DNA of 64,000 nucleotides from Candidatus Poribacteria bacterium (GCA_965220325.1 OZ244821.1:4381924-4445923), one strand, 5' to 3'; counted from the stretch's first letter, positions 37,290-46,388 are shown. Notes: generated by a model not told the origin, from the letters alone. Numbers and translations are program-made.

Positions 37290-37455
37290 CGTTCTGTTAT
37301 CGACTGACGAACTAAGATTAGCATGTTTGTGGGAGTTGTGCTGAGGGTTTCTGTTGGTGTAATCTACTTATCGCCAAGACGGGGATAAAAACCGGTTGGA
37401 TCCATATTTGTATAGTCGGATTGGCGTGGATATAGGCAGAAAAAGAGATCGCCAA

Positions 37456-37471
37456 ATTGGCACACGCCTTG
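37456..37471 (+). promoter_or_regulatory. Sigma-54-like element on the plus strand (TTGGCAC-acgcc-TTGCC), 270 nt upstream of the TonB-dependent receptor gene
   Basis: TGGCAC-N5-TTGC spacing is exact; the -12 flank is weaker. Confidence 0.3.
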
Positions 37472-37746
37472 CCACTGTGGCACTTCGGTATGTCAATTTG
37501 GCTTTAGATCGTCAAGGATAATTTGAGTGTTCTCTTATGCAACAAATGGGCCGCTTATATCGCGCTTACCCTTTTCAAATATCCATCTTTTCTTGATATT
37601 TTTTTTAAAATATGTTATCATTTTTTATAATCAGCGCGGGTTTATAATCAGCGCGGGATAGAGTGTGAAGGATTTTCTACAGTCTCGTAGTTGACATCAT
37701 TTTAGATAAACCCTTATTAAGGATTAGTTGCAGTAAAGGAATGTTT

Positions 37747-39969
37747 ATGAAAAAAATCCCCCGATCGGCTCTTTATTTTTTAACAGTGTTTGTATCTGTT
37801 ATATGCTTCCTTCCTCTTTTTGAAACATCTGAAGCGATAGAAGAAACAACTCAAACAGAAGACATAGATAGCAAAAACGACTCTGAGTCTTCCACTGATG
37901 TAATTCAACTCGAAAAAATTTTGGTCAGAGGTGATCGTGCCTATTCCACGGCGTCTTCAAAGTCTATCCGAGAGTTTGATTTGAATATTCGTCCGATGAA
38001 AACTGCGCAAGATATGCTACAATTGGCACCGGGGCTTGTTGTCACACAACATGCTGGTGGTGGCAAAGCTGAACAGATTTTTCTACGTGGATTCGATGCG
38101 GATCACGGCACGGATGTGGCTATTTCGACCGATGGTATCCCGGTAAATATGGTTTCACACGGGCATGGTCAAGGATATGCCGACCTTCACTTTGTTATAC
38201 CTGAATTAGTGGAATCGATCGAACTTTTCAAGGGTCCCTATTTTGCCAGACACGGTAATTTATCGACTGCAGGTTCGGTACTGTTTCATACAAAAGATCA
38301 TATTGACGCGAACATGGTGAAAATCGAAGGTGGCGAGTTTAATACGCAAAAGGTCACTGGATTGTTTCAGGTGCCAGGTGGCAGTGAGCAGCAAAATATT
38401 TATTTTGGGTCACAGTTTTATAACACAGATGGTCCTGTTGAAAGCGATCAGAATTTCCAGAGGTCCAACCTTTTTGGTAAATTTCATACGCACCTGAATG
38501 AAAGAAACAAAATTGCGGTTTCGGTGAGTGCCTTTAGTTCGGCGTGGGATGCCTCCGGTCAGATTCCGAAACGCGCCGTTGACAATGGTCTGATTACCCG
38601 ATTCGGGTCACTTGACGACCTTGAGGGCGGCCAAACTGGTAGACAAAATATCAATGTAATCTACACCGCCGAAGGCGAAAATAATAGCCGATTTCTCATT
38701 CAACCTTATTTCACACGCTATAACTTTAAACTGTTCTCGAACTTTACCTTCTTCCTCGACAATCCAGAAAACGGGGACATGATTGAACAAACCGATGACC
38801 GCGCGATCCTTGGACTGAACACCGAATATGAATTCAATCAGTCCATCTATTCTATGGAGTCAACGATTACTTTCGGTGGCGGATTTCGTTCTGATGATAT
38901 TGCTGTCAGTCTCTGGCACAGTCCGAATCGCAGGCGTATAACCGAAAAGGTGAATTCAGGTATTATTGAGCGAAACCTGTTTCTCTGGGGGCAGAAAGAA
39001 TTAATTATTAATTCACAACTCCGATTGCAACTCGGTCTGCGTGGCGATTACTTCACCTTTAACGTTGAAGACCATCTTGATACATTATCTGATCCGTCAA
39101 TAACCTTGCCGCATGCTTCGGGATACGCTCAGAAAGCAGTGCTGAATCCCAAATTTAACCTTGTTTATAGTCCTGTTTATTCGACTGATCTTTTCTTGAA
39201 CTTCGGTACTGGGTTCCATTCTAATGATGCCCGTGATGTGGTGATTGAAAAAACTATTTCCGACTTAGAACGAACATTTAGGCATCAGGGATTAAGTAAC
39301 ACACAAATTAACGAACGACTTGTACAGTTGAATTTCGACCCAGAGCAGTCTGGTATTCACACGTTACCACGCGCGATCGGTGCAGAAATTGGCGTGCGGC
39401 ACCACTTCTGGAACCGAATCAATATCGGAATTGCTGGATGGCTGCTGGACTTAGACGAGGAACTGGTTTTTGTCGGTGATGCAGGTGAAACCGAAATCAG
39501 TGGTAAATCCCGTCGGATCGGCATTGACATTGAAGGGCGTGCGCGGATTTTATCGTGGTTGTGGGTAGATACAGATGTGAACCTTTCCAATGGGAAATTT
39601 ATCAACGAACCTTCTGATGCTAACGAAATTCCACTTGCCCCGCGTATGACTTCGACTGGCGGCTTGACAGCTATTCATCCGTCTGGATTTAGTGCTAATT
39701 TGCGTTATCGTTATATTGGTGACCGACCTGCCAATGAGGATAATAGCGTCACAGCGGAGGGGCACACACTCTTGAATCTTGGACTTTCCTACGCGTTTGG
39801 TCCGTTCAAGTATTTCGCAAGCGTTGAAAATCTCTTTGATGTTGATTGGAACGAAGCACAGTTTGACACCGAGTCTCGGTTATCCAGCGAAAAAGAACCG
39901 GTATCAGAGATTCACTTTACACCGGGTAATCCGAGAAACATACAAACCGGCATCAGTTATCAGTTCTAA
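37747..39969 (+). CDS. TonB-dependent outer-membrane receptor
   Basis: Signal peptide, plug domain, 22-strand-barrel-length sequence and a C-terminal ...GISYQF. Start at the second ATG (37747), 6 nt after AAAGGA. Confidence 0.85.
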   Translation: MKKIPRSALYFLTVFVSVICFLPLFETSEAIEETTQTEDIDSKNDSESSTDVIQLEKILVRGDRAYSTASSKSIREFDLNIRPMKTAQDMLQLAPGLVVTQHAGGGKAEQIFLRGFDADHGTDVAISTDGIPVNMVSHGHGQGYADLHFVIPELVESIELFKGPYFARHGNLSTAGSVLFHTKDHIDANMVKIEGGEFNTQKVTGLFQVPGGSEQQNIYFGSQFYNTDGPVESDQNFQRSNLFGKFHTHLNERNKIAVSVSAFSSAWDASGQIPKRAVDNGLITRFGSLDDLEGGQTGRQNINVIYTAEGENNSRFLIQPYFTRYNFKLFSNFTFFLDNPENGDMIEQTDDRAILGLNTEYEFNQSIYSMESTITFGGGFRSDDIAVSLWHSPNRRRITEKVNSGIIERNLFLWGQKELIINSQLRLQLGLRGDYFTFNVEDHLDTLSDPSITLPHASGYAQKAVLNPKFNLVYSPVYSTDLFLNFGTGFHSNDARDVVIEKTISDLERTFRHQGLSNTQINERLVQLNFDPEQSGIHTLPRAIGAEIGVRHHFWNRINIGIAGWLLDLDEELVFVGDAGETEISGKSRRIGIDIEGRARILSWLWVDTDVNLSNGKFINEPSDANEIPLAPRMTSTGGLTAIHPSGFSANLRYRYIGDRPANEDNSVTAEGHTLLNLGLSYAFGPFKYFASVENLFDVDWNEAQFDTESRLSSEKEPVSEIHFTPGNPRNIQTGISYQF

Positions 39970-40010
39970 TGTTCCTGTTTTCTATGAAGGGATAATCAAC
40001 TCGGGTTGTC

Positions 40011-40664
40011 TTACGGCAAAGAGGTGCCTTCTTGAATTCTTGCCCGAATTCCAGCGATAAGCGTCTGTAATGCAACCGGATTTTCGTCTTGAAATGGGAT
40101 AACGAGGTCTGCGTACTGTTTGCAAGGTTCCGTATAGACGGGGAAGTTGGGTAAGACATCACGCCGGTACCAGTTGATTGCCCACTCCAAGTCGCCGCCG
40201 CGTTGGGCGACATCCCGGAGCATCCGTCGTAGAACTCTCTCATGTGCATCGACATCAAGGAAAAGTTTAATGTCCATCAAATCGCGGAGGTCTTCACTCC
40301 AGAAGATGAGGTGTCCTTCCACAATGACGACATCACTCGGTTGAACGCTTGTCTTTTCGTCGCCGCGTTGGGCGCCACGGGTGCCTGGAGTAGGGACATC
40401 AATAGTATCTCGCGAGCGTAGTTTTTTGATGTCCGTAATGAGTGCCTCCCAAAGAACAGCGTTCGGATGATTCGCGGTAATCACACGTTCGCGTTCTGCC
40501 TCTGAGTATTCCGACCAGTCGCGGAAATAGGAATCTTGATTGAGTACAACAGGCGAAAAATCCGAGAGTTCTTCCGCCAACGCCCTGGCAAATGTCGTTT
40601 TCCCAGAGGCGGAACCGCCCATAATTCCGACAGTGATGGGCGTGAAATGTTTATTTTCTTGCAT
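40011..40664 (-). CDS. Uridine kinase / phosphoribulokinase-family P-loop kinase
   Basis: Walker A GIMGGSASGKTT and the family length (217 aa). Confidence 0.65.
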   Translation of the reverse strand: MQENKHFTPITVGIMGGSASGKTTFARALAEELSDFSPVVLNQDSYFRDWSEYSEAERERVITANHPNAVLWEALITDIKKLRSRDTIDVPTPGTRGAQRGDEKTSVQPSDVVIVEGHLIFWSEDLRDLMDIKLFLDVDAHERVLRRMLRDVAQRGGDLEWAINWYRRDVLPNFPVYTEPCKQYADLVIPFQDENPVALQTLIAGIRARIQEGTSLP

Positions 40665-40767
40665 AGGTTCTCCGTCTATATTCTGTTGTCGAATTTAGAT
40701 TTTGTATGTTAGCATATTTCGGGTTGCGTGTCAAACCTATTTTGCCGCTTCGGAAAAAGAAATTTGA

Positions 40768-40797
40768 CTTGCAAAAAAAAATGTGTTATCATATATT
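40768..40797 (+). promoter_or_regulatory. Sigma-70-like promoter (TTGACT - 17 nt - TATCAT) driving a ~540-nt leader of the DAHP synthase gene
   Basis: ttgacttgcaaaaaaaaatgtgttatcat. Confidence 0.45.
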
Positions 40798-41058
40798 AAA
40801 GTTAGCAACACTGACACAGTTTAACAACATATAAACGTTTTTTTGCAAATAACGTCTTAATAGCATAGGTTGCTTTCGAGACGTTGTGGGTAAGTTTCTT
40901 ACGGATCCAATTTTGAGAATTTGATGATGCAAACGCTTGAACGCAATACCATCACAACACAAATGACCGTTGTAGGGAGCGTCTATAACCTGCCTCTCTA
41001 CGTGTGGACTCTTTTTAGGCAGCTTGCAAGCAGCAGTTTGCTGTTAAAAGGTGTGTTT

Positions 41059-41109
41059 GTGTATTATCTTTATCTGTACTTATATTTGTACAGCAACGAT
41101 AGGTGGTGA
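41059..41109 (+). CDS. Candidate Tyr-rich leader peptide (minimal form fM/V-YYLYLYLYLY-SNDRW; the ORF-track version is 62 aa from 40921)
   Basis: Six Tyr codons alternate with four different Leu codons (gtg tat tat ctt tat ctg tac tta tat ttg tac). The SD-like AAAAGGTG lies 5 nt before the GTG at 41059; the stop TGA is at 41107-41109. Confidence 0.45.
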   Translation: MYYLYLYLYLYSNDRW

Positions 41110-41162
41110 GCATTCAAAGGCGATGCCTCAGATTGTATGACGAACCGACCTCATGATCACCA

Positions 41163-41203
41163 CCCAGCGTTGAAAATAGTTTCGATGTTGGGTTATTTTT
41201 TTT
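41163..41203 (+). terminator. Rho-independent terminator (attenuator candidate) between the leader ORF and the DAHP synthase gene
   Basis: RNA stem CCCAGCGUUG / CGAUGUUGGG (10 bp including 3 G-U pairs) followed by UUAUUUUUUUU. Confidence 0.5.
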
Positions 41204-41341
41204 AACCGAGTTTGATTTGGGACAGATAGAGTTACTTTTCGGTGCAGCTTGCAACAGTGGGTTCCCACCCATTACTGGGAAGCGGGGTCCCCACTCGCTA
41301 CCGGGAAGGGACTAAATTGGCTATTGAAAAGGCGGAGGTAA

Positions 41342-42367
41342 TTGAAAAGCATGGTAATCGTTACCAAGACCGATGCGACACAGGCAGATATTGATGCTGT
41401 TGTCAAACGGATCGAAGGTGTTGGACTCAAAGCAGAGGTCTCAACTGGTGAACGGCACACTGTCATCGGTGTCATAGGAGATAAAACATTGCTTGGTGAT
41501 ATTCCGATAGAGTCGATGTCCGGTGTTGAACGGACAATGCCGATTACAGCACCGTTTAAATTAGCGAGTCGCGAATTCCGGGATGAATCGACGGTTATTG
41601 CAGTTAACGGCACGAAAATTGGTGGAAAGGAGCTGCCGGTTATCGCGGGCCCGTGTGCGGTAGAGAGTACTGAGCAAATTGTAACCATTGCTCGCCTCGT
41701 TCAAAAAAGCGGCGCGAGTTTCATCAGAGGTGGTGCCTTTAAACCGAGAACGGGTCCCTATAGTTTCCAAGGGTATGGTGAGAGTGCTCTTAAAATGCTA
41801 AAAGCGGCGAAAGACGAAACTGGACTCGGCATTGTTACGGAAGTTATGACACCGGACGAAGTGGAACTTGTTGGTGAATATACAGATATGTTCCAACTCG
41901 GGACCCGTAACATGACGAATTTTTACCTACTACGCGAAGTGGGACGTGCACGGAAACCTGTAATCCTCAAACGTGGCATGTCTTCGACCATTGAAGAGTG
42001 GCTGCTCGCTGCGGAGTATATCCTCTCCGAAGGAAACCGTGATGTGATTCTCTGTGAACGCGGCATTCGTACTTTTGAACCGCACACACGTAACACGCTC
42101 GACTTGAACGCGGTCCCCGTTATACACGAATTAAGCCATCTTCCGATCATCGTAGATCCGAGCCACGGCACCGGTATCCGAAGCCTCGTGTGTGATATGG
42201 CAAAAGCATCTGTCGCTGCAGGTGCTGATGGGCTGCTACTCGAAGTACACCACGATCCCGATCATTCTATGACAGGAGATGGTGCTCAGTCGCTGTTCCC
42301 AGATCAATTTGAGACACTGATGCGGGAACTGAAACCGATTGCTATCGCTGTCGGTCGTGAAATCTAA
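41342..42367 (+). CDS. aroG: 3-deoxy-7-phosphoheptulonate (DAHP) synthase, type I-beta, with N-terminal regulatory domain
   Basis: KPRTGPYSFQGYGESALKMLKAAKDETGLGIVTEVM...ILCERGIRTFE...IVDPSHG. Confidence 0.9.
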   Translation: MKSMVIVTKTDATQADIDAVVKRIEGVGLKAEVSTGERHTVIGVIGDKTLLGDIPIESMSGVERTMPITAPFKLASREFRDESTVIAVNGTKIGGKELPVIAGPCAVESTEQIVTIARLVQKSGASFIRGGAFKPRTGPYSFQGYGESALKMLKAAKDETGLGIVTEVMTPDEVELVGEYTDMFQLGTRNMTNFYLLREVGRARKPVILKRGMSSTIEEWLLAAEYILSEGNRDVILCERGIRTFEPHTRNTLDLNAVPVIHELSHLPIIVDPSHGTGIRSLVCDMAKASVAAGADGLLLEVHHDPDHSMTGDGAQSLFPDQFETLMRELKPIAIAVGREI

Positions 42368-42373
42368 GGAATA

Positions 42374-42408
42374 GTTATAAGTTATAAGTTATAAGTTATA
42401 AGTTAATC
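42374..42408. repeat. Tandem heptamer (GTTATAA) x5
   Basis: gttataagttataagttataagttataagttaa. Confidence 0.7.
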
Positions 42409-42504
42409 TCTTGTGGTAGGCGATTGTGTTGTGGTATCCACAGCAGCCCTGAATACCACAACAAAGTATCTTATAACTGTTAACTGTTAACTAACAACTA
42501 TTCC

Positions 42505-42560
42505 CCTGACGACTGAAAGGTTTTTTGGCAGAAAAAACCGCACTGACAACTGATAACTAA
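42505..42560. repeat. Intergenic repeat, left copy, carrying the hairpin GGTTTTTT-ggcag-AAAAAACC; inverted partner at 44140-44195
   Basis: The reverse complement of aaaggttttttggcagaaaaaaccgcactgacaactgataact closely matches gttgtcagttatcagttcggtttttctgcgaaaaaccttt downstream of leuA. Confidence 0.5.
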
Positions 42561-42577
42561 TATTGGAGGAAAGAGCC

Positions 42578-44131
42578 TTGGACGATTTTGAAAAGAATCA
42601 ACAGAAAATCTATATTTTTGATACAACGCTCCGTGACGCTGAGCAGACCCCCGGTGCTGCCCTTGGTATCGGGGAGAAACTCGAAATTGCCAAGCACCTC
42701 GCCAGATTAAATGTTGATGTCATTGAAGCCGGGTTCCCGATTTCGTCACCGGGCGATTTTGAGGCTGTCAAACAGATAGCAAATGAAGTTGAAGGACCGG
42801 AAATTTGTGCCCTCTCTCGCGTCGTTGAGAAAGACATTACTGCCGCGTGGAAAGCCATTGAAGATGCACCGCGGGCACGTATCCACACGTTTGTCGGGAC
42901 TTCACCGATTCACATGGGACGCATCACTCGGACGACACCAGAGGATACGCTCCGGATGGCGACCGATGCTGTTGCTTATGCGAAGAGTCTCTGTGAAGGT
43001 CACCCGGATGCGAATGTAGAATTTTCACCGATGGATGCGGGGCGGACAGAATTGGCGTTTCTCTATGAAGTCGTTGAAGCGACAATTGCTGCAGGCGCGA
43101 CGGTTATTAATATTCCAGAGACCGTCGGGTGGACAGTCCCGACAGAATTCGGTAACCTCATTAGAAGCATTATGGAGAATGTCCCGAATGTCAATGATGC
43201 CATTATTAGTGTCCACTGTCATAACGATCTCGGCTTGGCAGTAGCGAATAGTCTCATCGCGGTTGAGCAAGGTGCGCGTCAGGTGGAATGCACGATCAAC
43301 GGACTCGGAGAACGGGCTGGAAATACCTCACTTGAAGAGGTCGTCATGGCGATTCGAACGCGACGTGACTATTTCAAAAGTTATTACACCGAGATTAACG
43401 CGAAGGAGATTGTCCCGATTAGTAGACGGGTTAGCCGTACGATGGGCATTTCTGTGCAACCGAACAAAGCGATTGTCGGTGCGAATGCCTTCGCTCATAG
43501 TTCCGGCATCCATCAGGACGGTATCATAAAATCGCGTGTAACGTTTGAAATCATTGATCCGCAAGAGATCGGTTGGAAAGAGAGTCAACTGGTCCTCAGT
43601 CCGCGTTCGGGACGCAATGCCCTCAGGCATCGGCTCAGTGAACTCGGTTATGAAGTAGAAGGGGAGCAGTTAGACAAGGTTTATGAACGGTTCCTGAAGG
43701 TCGCAGATAAGAAGAAGTCGATACAAGACGCTGATCTTGAGGCGATCATGAGCGACGAGATTCGGGCGATTCCTGCTGTCTTTGAACTCGACTATATCCA
43801 AGTCGTCAGCGGAACGAAAATTTCGCCAACAACGACAGTCGGCATTCGGACAGAAGAAGGGGTCGTTGAGAAAGCGTCCACTGGTGATGGGCCCGTTGAC
43901 GCGGCGTTTAAAGCGATCGGTCAAATTGTTGACATTCAGTTGAACCTTGTTGATTATCAAATCCGTTCCGTAACCGAAGGCGAAGACGCTATCGGTGAAG
44001 TCTCATTAAAGGTCCAGGACAACGGACATATTATCACGGGGCACGGTGCGAGTACAGACATCATTGAAGCGAGTGCACGCGCTTATATCCATGCTGTTAA
44101 TAAACTGATTCAGATCCGATCTGAAGGGTAA
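42578..44131 (+). CDS. leuA: 2-isopropylmalate synthase
   Basis: IFDTTLRDAEQTPGA, HCHNDLGLAVANS and the C-terminal LeuA dimerisation domain. Start set to the TTG at 42578, 7 nt after GGAGGA; the ORF-track start at 42563 overlaps the SD. Confidence 0.9.
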   Translation: MDDFEKNQQKIYIFDTTLRDAEQTPGAALGIGEKLEIAKHLARLNVDVIEAGFPISSPGDFEAVKQIANEVEGPEICALSRVVEKDITAAWKAIEDAPRARIHTFVGTSPIHMGRITRTTPEDTLRMATDAVAYAKSLCEGHPDANVEFSPMDAGRTELAFLYEVVEATIAAGATVINIPETVGWTVPTEFGNLIRSIMENVPNVNDAIISVHCHNDLGLAVANSLIAVEQGARQVECTINGLGERAGNTSLEEVVMAIRTRRDYFKSYYTEINAKEIVPISRRVSRTMGISVQPNKAIVGANAFAHSSGIHQDGIIKSRVTFEIIDPQEIGWKESQLVLSPRSGRNALRHRLSELGYEVEGEQLDKVYERFLKVADKKKSIQDADLEAIMSDEIRAIPAVFELDYIQVVSGTKISPTTTVGIRTEEGVVEKASTGDGPVDAAFKAIGQIVDIQLNLVDYQIRSVTEGEDAIGEVSLKVQDNGHIITGHGASTDIIEASARAYIHAVNKLIQIRSEG

Positions 44132-44139
44132 TAGTTGTC

Positions 44140-44195
44140 GGCGGAATGGTTGTCAGTTATCAGTTCGGTTTTTCTGCGAAAAACCTTTAGTTCTC
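44140..44195. repeat. Intergenic repeat, right copy (inverted orientation relative to 42505-42560)
   Basis: See the left copy; it contains GGTTTTTC-tgc-GAAAAACC. Confidence 0.5.
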
Positions 44196-44245
44196 AGTTA
44201 CAAGAGATCTATTAACCGATAACTGATAACTGGCAACCCTTAAAT

Positions 44246-45733
44246 CTACCAGTCCTCAACTAATTGCACTAACAACCGCACACCGTAGCCTGATGCGCCT
44301 TCAGGAATGTACGTAGAGCCTTTCATCCCCCAAGCCGTACCAGCGATGTCGAGATGTACCCACGGGTAGCCTTCAGCGAATTTCTTCAAAAAGGCAGCCC
44401 CTGCGATTGTGCCAGCCCCACCATCCCCGATGTTCTGGACATCCGCCACTTTACTTTTAACGCCTTCATCGTAGTCGTCCCAGAGCGGTAATTCCCAGAC
44501 CCGTTCGTGCGTCTTTACAGCTGCGGATTTCACTTTCGCCATGAGTTCGGGGTCTGTCCCCATCGCGCCGGCTGCAATGTGTCCTAAGCAGGTAATGACG
44601 GCACCGGTGAGCGTGGCTAAGTCGATAACGCCTTTCGGGTTATACTGTGCTGACCATCCGAGCGCATCTGCCAATACCAATCGTCCTTCAGCATCGGTGT
44701 TGAGAATTTCGATGGTTTTGCCACCGTAAGAGGTGACGACATCACCGGGTTTAATAGCAGTTCCACTCGGCATATTTTCGGTAGCGGCGACGACACCGAT
44801 GACTCGGACGTTCGGTTTAAGATGACCGATCACTTGCATCGCACCGATGACTGCGGCGGCACCGGACATATCGTGTTTCATTTCGTGCATACCGCTTCCA
44901 CCTTTGATCGAGATTCCGCCTGTATCGAAAGTGATCCCTTTTCCGACGAGTACAACCGTATCCTGCCCTTCGCCATCCGGGGTATACTCTAAGATGATGA
45001 ACCGCGGCTCTTCAGCGCTCCCTTGTGCGACGGCAAGAAGCGTCCGGAACCCTTTCTCCTCCAGTGTTACTTTATTGAAGATTTCACAACGGAGTCCTGC
45101 TACCTCTGCTACGGCTTCCGCTTTTTCAGCCAACTGTGTCGGTGTAAGGTGGTTACTCGGTTGGTTGCTCAAATCGCGAGCGAGGAGCGTGCCGTTGGCG
45201 ATCAGTTCTCCACGCTGTACTGCCTGTTCTACTGTCGCCTGACTGTGATCGTTTTCCGCTAAGAACGTCAAAGATTCAAGTTTTTTCTTTTCCTCGTCAT
45301 CATTGCTATCTGTTTTGTGTTCGTCGAACTGATAGAGTGCGAGAATACACGCTTCCGTTGCAGCTTGTATCATCTCAGGTGTCGCTTCGATCGGAATCGG
45401 GATCGCTGCGTTTCTTAACCCCATATCTCGGATTGTCCGTGCGGCGTGTCCGGCTGCTTGACGCACCTTTTCAGGTGTGAGGTCATGATATTCACCCAAA
45501 CCGACTAAGAGTACACGCGGAGCGGTGATAGTTCCATTTGTGTAGAGCCAAGCAGTGGTTTTCAACTTACCGGTGAAATCACCGAGGTTTATCAATTCAC
45601 GTATGCGCCCACCGAGTGCTTGGTCTATGGTTTGAAGGGGCGCGCTATAGAAATCTGGATTTTCCAACACACCGATGGCGACGACATCCGCTTGTTCTTG
45701 ATTGAACCCACCGGTTTTGACAGTAATATTCAT
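44246..45733 (-). CDS. pepA: Leucyl aminopeptidase (M17)
   Basis: NTDAEGRLVLADAL, VGKGITFDTGG. Confidence 0.9.
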   Translation of the reverse strand: MNITVKTGGFNQEQADVVAIGVLENPDFYSAPLQTIDQALGGRIRELINLGDFTGKLKTTAWLYTNGTITAPRVLLVGLGEYHDLTPEKVRQAAGHAARTIRDMGLRNAAIPIPIEATPEMIQAATEACILALYQFDEHKTDSNDDEEKKKLESLTFLAENDHSQATVEQAVQRGELIANGTLLARDLSNQPSNHLTPTQLAEKAEAVAEVAGLRCEIFNKVTLEEKGFRTLLAVAQGSAEEPRFIILEYTPDGEGQDTVVLVGKGITFDTGGISIKGGSGMHEMKHDMSGAAAVIGAMQVIGHLKPNVRVIGVVAATENMPSGTAIKPGDVVTSYGGKTIEILNTDAEGRLVLADALGWSAQYNPKGVIDLATLTGAVITCLGHIAAGAMGTDPELMAKVKSAAVKTHERVWELPLWDDYDEGVKSKVADVQNIGDGGAGTIAGAAFLKKFAEGYPWVHLDIAGTAWGMKGSTYIPEGASGYGVRLLVQLVEDW

Positions 45734-45744
45734 AAATTCTCCTT

Positions 45745-46050
45745 CTAAGTTGTTCTCATCCCTGTTAAGACGACTAACGGTTCTTTGCTCGTGACGGTAA
45801 TTGAATGATAGGTATTCGCAGGCACATCAATTCGGTCACCGCTCTCAACGGTTTCCTGCTCATCAGCGACCTTTACATCTGCTGTGCCAGATAGTACGCA
45901 TACGACCTCATCTTGCGCGTGGATATAGTCGAGATAGGCACCCCCCGGACGACCTGTCCATTCATAGGCATTGAAGCCTTCGGTTTCCAACTGTCGCTTT
46001 AAAGCGTCGGTATCTGCATGCTGATCTGACCAACGTGATTTCCAATTCAT
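45745..46050 (-). CDS. Cupin-domain protein
   Basis: A small beta-barrel with the DEVVCVLSG...YHSI pattern; overlaps the higA stop by 4 nt. Confidence 0.55.
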   Translation of the reverse strand: MNWKSRWSDQHADTDALKRQLETEGFNAYEWTGRPGGAYLDYIHAQDEVVCVLSGTADVKVADEQETVESGDRIDVPANTYHSITVTSKEPLVVLTGMRTT

Positions 46051-46388
46051 TTTCCAACTCCAAGGACATCTGTTGTATTTTGTCTGTCGTTATTTTCTGA
46101 TAGTGTACCCCGCTCTTTCACATAATGTCTTAACCGGTCTCGAAACTCGGAAAGGCATGCCAAGCTGAAATGATCGTCGTCTCCGTTCTTAATTTTTGAG
46201 ATGTCAGTTGGATCAACTGCCAGCAGGTTCGCTGCCTTTACACTTCTCAACCGAGACTGCTTGAGAAGTGTAAATACCTCAAAACTTAACTTCGTCCGAA
46301 ACGACAAGGCTTCGGCTTCTTCATCAGAAAAACCTATATCTTTAAACACGTTCCCACTACTTTTCTCAAACTTCACATCATCACACAT
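46047..46388 (-). CDS. higA: HigA-like XRE-family HTH antitoxin
   Basis: SGNVFKDIGFSDEEAE...SVKAANLLAVDPTDISKIKNG...FSLACL. Confidence 0.6.
   Translation of the reverse strand: MCDDVKFEKSSGNVFKDIGFSDEEAEALSFRTKLSFEVFTLLKQSRLRSVKAANLLAVDPTDISKIKNGDDDHFSLACLSEFRDRLRHYVKERGTLSENNDRQNTTDVLGVGK

Noticed and set aside
40921-41058. Full 62-aa version of the leader ORF starting MMMQTLERN
   Set aside because: The upstream part has no RBS and no amino-acid bias. The regulatory signal is confined to the Tyr-rich C-terminal 16 codons, which have their own SD-like sequence and GTG. It is kept only as an alternative start.
42374-42408. Possible Leu-codon-rich leader peptide for leuA in the TTATAAG tract (TTA = Leu)
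   Set aside because: The heptamer periodicity puts TAA stops in all three frames, so no leader peptide can be translated.
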